Assembly (NCBI GenBank): GCA_964247055.1
Contig: OZ176055.1
Span: 124,001-188,000, forward strand
Source: Paragordius varius
Taxonomy: Eukaryota; Animalia; Nematomorpha
Direction: 5' to 3'
DNA: 64,000 bases
The notes beneath the pieces are model-generated. The model searched no databases. It had not been told where the DNA came from and saw nothing but the letters and a program-made list of their open reading frames with translations. How positions within the stretch are numbered: the stretch's first letter is position 1; each line of letters begins with the position of its first letter. Both the position numbers and the translations under genes were made by a program. Below are positions 26,301 through 38,600 of the stretch, piece by piece.

Positions 26301-27591
26301 AAATTATTATATATTATTAGAAAAAAAGGGTGTTGAAAATTTTTTGTTAAATATAAATATTATACAATGTTAATAATTGACGACAAAGTTCATGTCAATA
26401 TTTACCATTAATTTTTATTTTTTTTATTAGAAAAATGACATATAAAAATGCTTTAAAATATATTATATAAATATTTATTATTAATCCGCTATAACGGAGA
26501 TGATTATATGGAAAGCAAGGGATATTTATGCACAATAAAAGCTCCTTGTTGAAAAAATAACCACAAAAATAAAACAAGATAAATGACAATAAAATCGATA
26601 ATTAAGCCATATTTTGACAGCGATGTTAAAATTATAATAATATAAATATTTAGTCATTATTTAAGTATCAAGAAAATTAGTATATAGCTATTTAAGTTTC
26701 TAAGAGCGAATTGGAAGAATTATCATGGCTAAAATCAGTATAGTTAATTTATAAAAAATTAAAAAATATATAAGAATTATATAATATTTTAATCTGTTTA
26801 TAAGATTTGTCATATTTTGTAATTACTGATATGGTCACATATTATATTTAAGGATACAAAGCAAAATATACTAAAATATATTTCAATATCGTCCATGTCT
26901 TTTCTTTTAACAACTTTTGTTTTGTGAAATTTATTAAAAAATTAAGCTGGAATGCGTATATTATAAAAATATATATTATTTTAATATTAGACTTTTATAG
27001 TAAAGTCTTTATCGAAAAAATCATCAAATAATTTAGATTAGTTTAAGCTAATATTTTTATAAATTAGGCTTTATAAATTTCCAGGGATTAAAATATTTTG
27101 ATTGCAAATGATATATTGAAAGGGTTGATTCTAAATATTCCTTGCTTAAATAACATTTGTTTCTATCATCAGACATAAATTTTTTTAGGGTTGACTCATG
27201 GTTGTCTAAATATTTCAAGTGAAAAACAAAAACAAAAAAAGAGATAATTAAAATAAAACGCAATAGAAATTCCGATTTTTGAGTCTAGGACAAAACTCAA
27301 AGGTGTTTTATTGAGATTTCCAAAAAAATACTCCCGAAAAAAATAATCAAAAATTCGTATTATAAAAAAAATAAAGAAAATCGAAAAAAACTAATTTATA
27401 TAATAAATATAATTCTCTTTAAATGTAATAATGCAGTTGGGCACACTTTTATTTTAGATTTTTCTCAACTGTAATATACTTGGGGTTATAAATGTTGCAG
27501 TTTGACGTTGAAGAATATTTGAAGGATTTATAGCATTTAAGGGGGATATCACACAACAACATAATAATAATAGCAAGTAATAACTCATCAT
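9144..27591 (-). CDS. Neurexin-like LamG/EGF type-I membrane protein with a cytoplasmic WD40 beta-propeller (about 2,500 aa, 32 exons)
   Basis: Exons in transcript order: 27591-27480, 24865-24162, 23243-22937, 22582-22507, 21992-21854, 21539-21405, 20863-20672, 20389-19908, 19669-19419, 19072-18940, 18873-18797, 18674-18457, 18376-18271, 18042-17812, 17481-17255, 17159-16697, 16264-16193, 15650-15475, 14589-14344, 14266-14158, 13995-13792, 13705-13470, 13061-12953, 12880-11882, 11800-11603, 11534-11293, 11206-11063, 10979-10811, 10735-10592, 10392-10222, 9991-9789, 9365-9144 (TAA). All junctions are GT-AG and phase-compatible; the sum is 7497 nt. LamG motifs: DGNWHQV, DDGNWHDL, NDNRWHKV, NDGKWHNL, FIGCIQDL, SGYMRDIRIN. 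EGF: CRRTACYNNGLCQEGYNRTYCDCGRTPYSGQRCE. The first exon (signal peptide MMSYYLLLLLCCCVISPLNA) is the least certain join. Confidence 0.85.
12399..12467 (-). other. Single transmembrane helix of the LamG-WD40 protein
   Basis: ALGPVLAAIAALFPLLAGLLWAC follows a Pro-rich stalk. It is followed by a basic, Cys-rich juxtamembrane segment (YKCKPGMCVGPWGRK), consistent with positive-inside type-I topology and possible palmitoylation. Confidence 0.85.
15036..15455. repeat. Intronic tandem repeat, ~140-150-bp unit, about 3 copies
   Basis: CTTTACATGAAATA...GTTTTCACTTTTCATGGTTTGTCTTTTATAA recurs at 15111, 15262 and 15401. Confidence 0.85.
15668..16130. repeat. Intronic tandem repeat, ~93-bp unit, 5 copies
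   Basis: AAGGATTAAGTCTGAATAAAAAG recurs at about 15669, 15764, 15855, 15947 and 16040. Confidence 0.88.
17523..17763. mobile_element. Family A MITE, LamG-gene intron
   Basis: Both TIRs are present. It fills 241 of the 330 nt of the intron. Confidence 0.8.
19085..19343. mobile_element. Family A MITE, LamG-gene intron
   Basis: Both TIRs are present. It ends about 10 nt from the acceptor AG at 19074-19073. Confidence 0.78.
20938..21252. mobile_element. Family B foldback-like element (TIRs built of 21-bp subrepeats)
   Basis: TACCATTTACAATTCAAA...(AACAATTCAAATTCACCCTTG)n arms in inverted orientation around a conserved AT-rich core. Confidence 0.8.
23374..23628. mobile_element. Family B foldback-like element
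   Basis: Same termini (TACCATTT...AAATGGTA) and core. Confidence 0.75.
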
Positions 27592-29483
27592 TCTTAAATC
27601 AAAGTAATAATAATTAGAGATCCGATGCTTAGTTTTGGAATTTTCATCATAAGGACAGGGGGACTTTTTACAAAGGCCAGCATATGCTTTTTTCTTGACC
27701 CTTTCAATTTTCCCCGTGGGCGTTTGATGTGAAGAATATTGATGGTGTAATTCACTCATTTTGCGCGGCGTTTTGCAAAAATCTGCGCTTTCAAATCCAA
27801 AGTTAGGTCTTATTTTCGATACTACCTTGCCTTGATTAGGGAATAATCAAAATTTCGATGTATGGATATTTGTATTAACTTCATTGGGATATATCTCTTG
27901 AAATATTGATGATTTTAGCTGTAAAATATAATTAAACTGTGCAGTTATAGTGAGGAATATTGAATAATTGTTCAAAACGCTTTTACTAAATAGGGTTATT
28001 CTCAATTACTATTTCATTTAGTTGTAGTTGGTAATAAAAAAAACTTCAACTCTGCACTTTTAAAGTAAGAGAATGGAAGGGGGTTTCGATTTCAGTTTTT
28101 TTTCCAGTGTATATAAGTGCGCGCGGAAAACTAAAAAACTGTGAGTTTAATACAGCGTTATTTTGTGTGAAAAGAAAGCTGGGAATGAAAATCTTAAAAT
28201 ATCGATCAGATTGAATTGCGTAGAAAGATTTTTTCACAAAAATAAGGCAGCAGAAATAATGATTGATTGCAATCAATAATATAAGTTCTGCGCTCTAAAG
28301 GTATACAAAATTGTGTATAGTTTCTAATTAAAAAAATTTTTTTTTTCGTAAAGTAGTTTGCCAGTTAGTTTTTACAAGATAATTACTACTTACTTAAGAT
28401 ATTTCTCGATAAAATAAAATGTTCGATTTGAAAATAGTAGTATAAATGAAGATGGAATAAATATTTAGAAATGCAAAGATTTTGCGGATTTATAAATAAC
28501 GTCAGTTGTTTTTAATTCTCTGCAAAAAATTACATAAATTTAAAATTAAATTTTTGTGATGTACGCAAAAGCACAAACTGGCCATTTATCATTATTTATT
28601 TCGTTTTTAAAATAAAATTTATTTAAAATGTATTATTCTATATCTTATTGTTTATTATTGGATTTTTTTCGGAAATGTGGAATTTGCAATTTGCAATAAT
28701 AATAATATTTTTTTTTTAAATAAATGATATAATTTTTGCAGATTTTTTATAATTTAAATATAAATATTTTATTCATATATACAACATACATGTGTATACA
28801 CGCGAAAAACGTAGTATAAAAGCGATAATAAAATAAAATAATTGGAAAATGTAATATAAATATATATAATATATAAAATCACATGGCAATAGGCTTTTTT
28901 AAAGGTTATAACTATAATTATATTATAAAAAAACCATTTTTTTAATCAAATAAGATTGGATTAGGGAATAAAATAGATTTTGTGCGGGTGATTTCAAAAG
29001 ATAAAATCCGACGTGGATTAAATGATTTTAGTATATGGGAATAATATGTAAAATATTAGAAAATTTGTTTAACAATCCCAAATGCAATAGTGGTTTAAAC
29101 AAGTTCAAGTTTATTTAATGATAAAAAAGTAGTTTTTGAAAGTTACAACATATAGTTAAACTAATAATATATTTGAATATTAAATTTTTGCAATGGACAA
29201 AAATATTTACAGGTAAAATAATATATTAAGTATAAAAGAGGTTTTTCCAAAAAAAATAGAAACATTGTAAAGGGAAAACAAAACAAAACGAAAATTATAG
29301 TATAAAAATAAAATAAAATATTTTACAGGTGAAAAAACGCTTAAGCTTTTATAGGTAAAAACGAAAAAAAATGCTCTCCTCGCAGAGTATTTTGAACACT
29401 AAAGTTTTTACATTGCACATAATAGTATATAATTAATTTAGCCACACATAAATACTTATTAAGCAAAATATTTGACCCTTATA

Positions 29484-29738
29484 TGCCATTTACAATTCAA
29501 ATTGACCCTTGAACAATTCAAAATCACACTATAAATGAATTGTCTTTTCTGACTAATATAACTCTTTATTAATAAGAAATATATCTTTATGGCATAGTTG
29601 ATTAATTTTTCAGAATTATATTAATTTGATACAAAATTTCATTTTTTGAAAAAATAAAAAAATATAATCTTATAAACACATAATTTATTTTAGGATGAAT
29701 TTGAATTGTTTAAGGGTAAATTTGAAGTGTAAAAGGTA
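29484..29738. mobile_element. Family B foldback-like element
   Basis: Same termini and core. Confidence 0.75.
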
Positions 29739-30639
29739 TAATTTTATTTAAATACAAAGGATAAATTTTAAATTTCAATTAATTTAAATAAAAGATTCAA
29801 GATTTTTAAACAATAGAGATCCTATGCATTTAAAAGACGCGGAAATTTAATATAATCCATCAAACTATACATATGATTAATTTGATTGGATTTTACAATC
29901 AGTGTATTATGTATTCTTGTATATCTGGATCCAAGTTTAAAAGCTTGAACAATATTTTAAAACGCATATTCAAAACTCATTTAAAACTTTAAAAATTTCA
30001 AAAATAACTGTAAATATCATTATAAATTTATGGATAGCACCATTTTTCCGCACAAGAATAAAACAAGGAAAATAAAAAACGGCACGATCTAACTGTCCTT
30101 TCAGTTTTTTTTACTTTAAATTTAAAAATAAATCTCATTTTTTCCATTTTATATTTTTTTTCGTAAATATAGAAAATATAAATAAAATTACATATAAAAT
30201 ACATAAAATAAAAAAAAATGATAATAAAATAAAATGGAAAAAAACACAAAAAAAATATAATAAATTTAAAATTCAAGGTTCCCTGTATGTCTGTGTTTAG
30301 TTAAAATTGTGACACATCTTTTCTATGCAATTATTTTTAGAGGTTGGATTATCAATAAAAATAATAAAATAAAAATAATACAATGTTTATACATTATATA
30401 TATATATATATATATTTATATAATGATAATTGTTTTATATGAAATTTGGCCTTGAGAGACAGGCCATTAGAAAAAAAATATTGGAAATTTCCGTTACATA
30501 ATAGTCTTTGCTATATAATGTGCACAATGATGAGCATTATATTAAATCGAATTTTAAGATCGTTTTAAAAAAATTTATTTGAATGGTTTTAAGTCAAATG
30601 AAGTTAATTTTTAGAAAACCAACGATAAAAATTCATTTA

Positions 30640-30972
30640 TACCATTTACAGTTCAAATTCACCCTAGAACAATTCAATTTCACCCTTAAACAATTCAAAT
30701 TCATCCTCAAACAATTTAAATTTACCCTTGAACAATTCAAATTCATCCTTAAACAATTCAAATTTACCCTAAAATAAAAGTGTTTTTTAAGTTCAAAATT
30801 CCTTGAATTTTTATATATTTTTTAAAAATAAAATTCTATCAAAATACTAAAATAATAAATAATTCCATCAAGACATATTTCATATTAATGATGAGTTATA
30901 TAAGCCCGAAAACACAAATTATTTTTAGGGTGAATTTGAATTGTTGAAGGGTGAATTTAAATTTAAATGGTA
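30640..30972. mobile_element. Family B foldback-like element
   Basis: About 6 subrepeats in the left arm and about 2 in the right arm. Confidence 0.82.
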
Positions 30973-31729
30973 TGTAAAGATTTTAAAAAATTCCTAGATC
31001 AGATTTTATAATTGGCAAACAGAAATTTGTACAGTAATTTATAATATTTTCTGTGTCATTTTTATAATGTGCGAATATTTTTACACAGTGCTTAAAAATA
31101 TTATTTGTATGGGTTTGCAATTTTGGTAAAATGTATAAAAAGTATGGATAAACAATTATATTAAAGTTACAATAGTCAGTTTCATTTTACATTTTATTTT
31201 TTTAATTAACCTTTAGAGAGCCTTATCTTTAATATTCCATAAAAATCAGATGACCAAATTGTAAATAAATGTATAATGATAGTCAAAGTGTTTTATTTTC
31301 GGGTCCGACTCCTGCTTTTAAACAAAAGCATATATTTTTTGAAAAAAGTTTTTATGTGTGTTTTACCACGGGGATTAGAACTACGCGAACCGTTTTTTGT
31401 CTCAGCTTCACATATAATTATATAGAAATTTTAACGAAAGGGTTTGTGTTCCTTTTCCTTTAATAGAAACAAATATCTACTTTTACAGTAGCGTATGGCA
31501 TAAACAATGGTGTCAATAAAAAAATAAATGTTTTTTTAAAAAAGCAACAATAAATACTTAATAGATTTAATAATTTTAATTAAATACAGTGGTTGCTTTG
31601 AAGTTTTAAAAACTTTTAAATAATGGCAGATTTTTTTGTAAAATGTCAATTTTGACTTTTTTACACTAGAGTTATTTTCCATTTGAATTTTGAATATCTT
31701 AAATATTTAAGATAATAAGCCAAATTTAA

Positions 31730-32870
31730 AATATGCTTTTTAGCCTTTTCGGGGAATTATACAAACTTTTTTTTAAAAAATGTAAAATTGTAAAAAAAAC
31801 CTCATCTCCAACATTTTCATCGCTAATGCAACAGTCAAATAAATATATATTATGGTTAGAAAATGTAAATAATTAACTTTCAAAAGCTTTTAGGATACAT
31901 TTTACCAGCAAAAAGTTGATATATTTTGATTTTAGTATCTGTTCGTTTAAATTGTGTTTTAGAGGTCCCAATTTTAAACTCCAGAAGACACAAAACTGCA
32001 AAAATATAAGTAATCCATGAGAACAATGTTTGATATTAAATTTTAACTTAAATAACTATCAAAACAGTAGTTTATTTACAAAATTGAACTATGGGATATA
32101 AAACTACCCCAATATGTCAACTAGAACAAAATGAAAAGGTCATGAAGTGATAATTGTGATTAAGCTTTAGTGTAGTGCATAAAATGTTTATAATTTTATA
32201 AGGTTTCAAAATTTTATTAATATATTCTATGTTTCCCATTAATATACATGGATAAATTCAAAAAAGTATTCATAAAATAAATCACTCCAATAATATTAAT
32301 TAAAATTTTCAAATTAAACTAATTTTAACGGGTATCATATGGAGATTGTTTTACGTTAGATAACACTTCATGATCTTTTGGGGTAGTTTTATACCCCAGG
32401 CTCAGTAATATAAATATGTAAAAAATCTTTTTTAGCATTGGCTCATTAATAATATGCTTTTTTTAGTATTTTAGCCTCATCAAATTTTATTTTTAAAAAA
32501 TAGGTAAATTGTTAAAAAAGGCTCATCTCTAATTTTTTTTTTACTTAAGTTTTTTTAATTTCCCAATACAACAAGCAAATAAATGGTTAAAAATATAAAT
32601 AATTAACTTTGGTAAGCTTCAAATTATATTTTACCATCATTTTGTTTAATATCAGCTGTTTCATGTTAAGGAACAAATCGGGACCATAAAGTTTAAAAGT
32701 TCAAAAGTTCTAAAGTTTTTTATCTAATACAGGCCAAGAGATTTTGATAATTAAATTTTAACCCAAACAGCCTTCAAAACACAATAGTTTGTTTAATATT
32801 AAATGTCAGGCTAGAAAATTACGCTAAATTGTCATCGTGTCCAAAAAATGAAAATGTAATGCTAATTCAA
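31730..32870. repeat. Diverged direct duplication, ~720-bp period
   Basis: Shared blocks (CTCATCTC at 31801/32522, AAATAATTAACTTT, CATTTTACCA, AAATGAAAA at 32128/32846) keep a constant offset. Confidence 0.6.
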
Positions 32871-35685
32871 AAACTTTAAAAAGTTATATCCTGTCAAAAA
32901 ATTTTAATCTCTGATCTGACCCCTTATTAATGCAGTAATTTATTGTTTGGAGGAGTCCTCAGTATTAAAAATATAGGTTGTTAAACACTAAACAACAAAA
33001 AGATAACCGTTCAAATTGATTTGTTTAGCTTCTAATTTAATAAAATTTAAAATTTACCAAAATTTATGCGAAATTTTTACCATTTTATATAAAATGTAGC
33101 CCGTGAAACTATATGTATAATTATTTGTCTATATTAAAAGGTCAGACCCAATCTAAAGTCAACTATAAAAATTTACTGGAATACATTATTCCATTAATAG
33201 ACCAAAAAACGGCTAAACCAAATTGAGAGGCAACTTTTAAAAAATATTTTTTTAGCCGGAATCACAAAAACCAAATAACGAAAACTCTGGCTATTATTTA
33301 ACAAATTGAAAGTTGCATTAGTATTTTCACCATTTATCCTTACACAAATAAGGTAAAAAGTACAAAAAAATGAGATGATGCGCTTAGATATAAGGATAAT
33401 GGCCTCCTTAATGCTAAAAAAGGTAAGAGATATATTACTCATCACACAATAATTTTAAACCAATCTATGTACTATTATATATTTTTGTTGTACCTTTAAA
33501 CAGTTTGATCGCATTTAAGTGATAACATTTATATGTAGATCAATTAAAATTGGCAATTGAATGCAATTAACATAATTATTCAAGTTAAAAGTTATCATCG
33601 ATATTCAGAATAGGTTAAAATTTTTGCTATAACTTATTATATTTTGGCCCTTCAATTAAATATCTTGAAAGAATTTAAAGACAAATTAACGTAAATTGTC
33701 TCCATTTCTAAAATATACAATCCAAATTCCAGATATCAATTGGTAAATTTCAATTTTTGGGCATAGTTTCGGATAATTTTGGCAAAAAATAATGATTTAA
33801 AAATTTGATGATATAAATTCAAACGCGTCATAAAGGATAATTAGCAAAAACTTGAAATTAAAAATATGAATAGTTGTGTGACTATTTTGATTCCAGTTTT
33901 TACAATCCTAACAAGTCATCTAAAACCGAAAGTAACATTTCAAAGAGGTTAGTTTATAGATAAAACGATTTCGATATGTCGGAAAAGATATATGATTTGC
34001 TATTATGCTTCAACAATTAAGTAAAGAGTGAAAAGGATCCAAACAACAATAGGGTTAAACTATTTACTCTACGATTTTGAAATCTATTCTAGGATAGTGT
34101 TTTTAGTTTTAATAAATTATTTTTTATTTTGGATGTTTCCAATTTTAATAACCCATATCTGACCATACTACAATCTCGAAAACATTGTTTAAAAAAAGTA
34201 TTTGACAATGACAAAATATTGATATAATCCTAAAATCATCTTTAATGATGCGTAAATTTTTTAATGCCATCCATATTCCTACAAAAACATTTTATAAATA
34301 AAACAATCAAAAGTGATAATATGTGATTTGAAGATCCACCCTAAATTTATGGTAATTTTTATCGAACTAAAAATAAAAATGTAAAATATTTTTTGTTTTA
34401 TGATAAAATATTAAAAATTACTTAAAATAACCATTTTCCACAAACAATTATATATATATATATATATAAACTTAATAAAAAAATTAAAAGGTGTAATAAA
34501 ATGGTTTAAATATATCAAATTACACAGGTAAGGTATATTCTTAATTATATAATAATAACGGAACAACAATAATAAATAAATATATAAGAAACAAATATAT
34601 TTTGCTCATCTTTTCCCACTTTTAACAAAAAATTAAAATTAAATGATAATTTTATTTTTTTCAAAAATTTTTACTTTTTTATATAATATAAATTTATAAC
34701 TATTTCTAGTTTTTTCTTTTCAAGTTTATCTCAGATGTAACACATTTAATTATTATTATCAGAGATAATAATTATTTTTCAGTTATAACAGCTTCAAAAA
34801 AAATAAAAATTTGAGAATTTACTAAAAAAATTTCACCTGAGTTTTGCCTTGATTTATTAATATTGCACGAAAATAAAATATTTGTTAACTTTACGCAATG
34901 ATATATTGACCTGTTTATTATACATTAAAATAAATAAATCGATCAATATAATTTATTGATAACTTAAAAGTTTTCTTATGTAAAATAAATAAAAATTAAT
35001 AAAATTTATGCAGTCAAATGAAATGGATGGATATATCGATTAAAGGTCATCGGAAAATATATTTTGTTGTCGCAAAAAAGGGGGATTATATTATATTATC
35101 AAATTTTGTCAATTGTTATAATGTTTCCTAACATTGCAAAATCAATTTATTTCGAAACAATATATTCGAAGTAAATTTTTTTTAATATAAAATAAGCTTC
35201 AAGATTAATATATTAAATATATATCATTAAGAATATATTTATATAACACCTGTGTGCTATGGGAACTTTCTGGAGCCAAAACGCAAATATTAGACCGATT
35301 TTGTCACAAAAAATAATATTAAAATTGTATTGTGAATGTGACTAATAGAATGGTTATATTCCGGATAAAACATCCGAAATGTCATTAAAACTAACCGAAA
35401 ATTATAAAATTTTGATTAAATAAAATTTAAACTTACCTGTTGTTTTCAATGAATACTTAGTAGAGACGCATAAATTATAATGTCGGAATCAAAAAAAGGC
35501 TCAATAGTAGTAATCAAATCCGATTAAAAAATTATAACTAAAAAACCCGATTCTATATTTAAAATTGGCAGACGACAACTTAATGCGCATGTGCACACAT
35601 TGTATAATCGTTTGGCCCCCGATTTTAAGATTTATATAAATTTACAATTTTTACAATTTTTAGAAATTATATTTAAAAGGACTAA

Positions 35686-35864
35686 CCTGCATCATATTCT
35701 GTTTCTATAAATTCTTCTCCCAAATCATATCCGCCATCTATGTGGACCGCAGTCTCAGGAGCCAGATAAATTTGACAATTTATTTGTAGGGGAAATTTCG
35801 TTATTACAGATATCAGGCCGATCAAAAGGAATATCCGGATTTTGAAGTATATTTCCATTTTCAT
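35686..35864 (-). CDS. Putative first exon of an unknown secreted protein
   Basis: ATG followed by a signal-peptide-like MKMEIYFKIRIFLLIGLISVITKFPLQINC, an acidic tail (DLGEEFIETEYDA) and a donor gcag|gttagt. Downstream exons are not securely identified. Confidence 0.35.
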
Positions 35865-36631
35865 TGGGCTTTTGTGATGTGGTTTTATATTTTTGATTAT
35901 AAAATATAAATTATATATGGTTATTGAGCAGTGTTCAGGTTAAATTTTTCATAATATTATAATATTTTATCCAATATCAAGAAGTGGTAAAAGAATTTGA
36001 TTATATCTCGGCCGAAATAATCGTAGAAAACGCGAATATAAAAGTTTGGGTTTAAAGAATTGGATTGAAAGCATATTTCTGGGTTTTTCCATTCGTGAAT
36101 TCGGAAATTCCGATCGATTCCAATAAATAATTTAAAAAAGTTATAAGGTAAATTATAGCATATTAAAATTAAACAATGTTTATGTTGCCGTCAAATACGC
36201 TCTTTTCGTAATAAATAAAAAAAATATACAGAAAATGTTTCAATTCACAAAATTGTTGTGTTGTACATCTTGCAATGTTAATCTTAAATCAATGATGATA
36301 TTTTAATCATAAATATAATATTATTTATTAAATAATCTTTTTAATTTTCCATTATATAATTATAATTAAGATTGAAGGGGTGGAGCAAGGAAAAAAAATA
36401 GGAATATTGATGAGCTAAATAAAGATTTTTATTTCAAATGGATTTTTCTTACCTGTTCTGCAACATGGCATGTGTTTTCTACCTTTGTATATGTACTATT
36501 TATTATGATTAATATTTTTAATTATGGTAAAAGTTTTAATTAAAACAAATAATTTTAATAAAAAGAAAAACGGATAGAAATCTTAAAAATGATATTTATT
36601 CATATACAAGTGTTTGTATATATATACTTTA

Positions 36632-36744
36632 CAGTAGCGTATGATATAAAAAAAGTTTGTTAACAATTAAATAGGAATAAATGTTAAAATATAGGAAAAT
36701 ATGTTTAATTTCAAGCATTTGTTGTTTTTTGCCATACACTACTG
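36632..36744. mobile_element. Minimal 113-bp TA-flanked MITE (family C)
   Basis: TA|CAGTAGCGTATG...CATACACTACTG|TA. Solo ends of the same TIR occur at 31486 and 50111-50124. Confidence 0.6.
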
Positions 36745-37579
36745 TATTATTAAACTAAAATATACAGTTTATTATTATAAGGTAGGTTAAATTACAAAGT
36801 TAATGATATGTTACTTCACTTTTTTTTCATTCTTAAAGATTTTTTTCTCTCTTCCTTTATGGAAAAGGTAGAAAGAGAATTACAAAATACTGGAATGCTA
36901 ATCTACCTTTTGTTGTTTTGCTTTTCTATAGAAGATCTTCTAAGAGAATATTTTATCATTTTCTTATTATAATTATCTTTTAAAGTTTTTTTAAAAATGA
37001 AACGAGGAATTTAAAGTTATAAAACAATACATTTAATAAAAGTAATACTATGTACTTTTATGCAAAGACAGCGTTCTCTGGATCGCGCGAAATATGAGGA
37101 GTCAATCGATAGAATAAAACTTTTTTCTCACACCTTGAATTGTAGTTTGCATGTTTAACATAAATCAAATCTATATTTGTTGATTTTTAAGCAATGCTCA
37201 TATAAAATATTTTTTTCATAAAAATATCTTTTTAATATGTCAAATATTATTACTAAATTTTCAAAAGTGTATAAAATGATAAAATCTCCACTTTTTCCTT
37301 CAGTTTATATTTTTACAACTTAGAGTTATTTTAAAAAATTTGCAAAGGAAAATAAATATTACCCTTCAATACAGATGTTTGTTCAGCGTTTGTAAAAATT
37401 GTCTTATAATTTAAAAGACAAACATACTTTTTGAAATTTAAAAATTTTTTGTATACCGTACACAAGGAAAAATAACGCCACTTTTATTAATTAATAATAT
37501 TTTAGCGGTTTTATGGAATTTGAGTTAATCTTGGAAGGTAGAAATAATTAAAAATTTACTTTAGATATGACTCTTAAGG

Positions 37580-37903
37580 CAGTGGCCCCCAAAAAGAGTT
37601 TAGCTAAGGGGTGCGAAAAATTCAAAGAACAACTTTAATGTAAATTGACATTGAGTCTATTATTAATTGTATGGATTATAAAATATAATTTAATTTAGAT
37701 TATAAAGTTACTGTTTCAATTTAAAAACAAACGAAACAAATTGAAGGTTAATGAAAATCTTAAATTATCTTGATTTGTTCCCGCTGTGGATAAAATCATT
37801 TCTGTAAAAATTGCATTGATAATAATTTTTATAACATGTAATTTTGCATTTTTATTTCTCTTTTTACTTGGTGGGGCGTGAACATAAAAGCTTGGGACCA
37901 CTG
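37580..37903. mobile_element. hAT (Charlie/Buster-type) MITE remnant
   Basis: Termini CAGTGGCCCCCAA...TTGGGACCACTG. The 8-bp flanks TCTTAAGG and TGCTAAGC match at 5/8 and share the central TA. Confidence 0.5.
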
Positions 37904-38049
37904 TGCTAAGCGTTTTTGATTTATTTTTCCGTTTTTCCCTCTATTATGTAATATTCCAATTTTTAAGAATGTCGAATTTCTTTATATGCGCTAGTTCTAG
38001 TTAACATTGTTTAATTAAAACACATCAAATTTAATTTAAATCAAGAAAC

Positions 38050-38600
38050 TTAGCAATTTAATAATGAGAGAATTTCACAACGTGGATATTCTTTCTCAAA
38101 TATTTTTTAATGCCCCGGGGGTTACTAAGCAGTTTTTTGTTTAAACCCCTCGGCTTAGTAGAAAATAGGAATTTCTAAATAGGACTTTTAAAAATTGTCG
38201 TAAGCAATTTTCCGGAAAATGTGAATCTCAATTTGAATTCAAAGATGGTTTACTCATTTATAATGCGCTGAGGGTGAAGGAGCCATTTTTGAAGGGACCC
38301 TTGGTATACCGCCATCTTCTGTCAGAGTTTTTTATAAATTGTTGGTTTTATTTTATGGAAAATGCCCCATTCAAAGGTGGAAATTTTTAATTTCTTTATA
38401 AATGCGCCAGGTATGGCTGGGTTATTTTTAAGGTCGGTTTAGCGTAACCCATTGGCAATGAGTTTTTGAAATGTTGAGAAAACTTTCCAGGAAAATGTGC
38501 AAGTCAATTCAAATAAAATAATGGATTCTTTTAATTTTTATGAATATGCCGAGATTTTTTTAAAAAAAAGTCTCTTATTTCAGCCTCACCACGTTGCAAA
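38050..38600. repeat. Diverged ~140-bp tandem units
   Basis: T(A)ATGC-GC-rich starts occur at about 38107, 38260, 38398 and 38545. The block GGAAAATGTG..TCAATT..AATGG occurs at about 38212 and 38490. Confidence 0.45.

Noticed and set aside
30583-30777. ORF with LEQFKFT heptad repeats (and FEGEFEL repeats at 53196-53492)
   Set aside because: These are translations of the 21-bp subrepeats of family B TIRs, not proteins.
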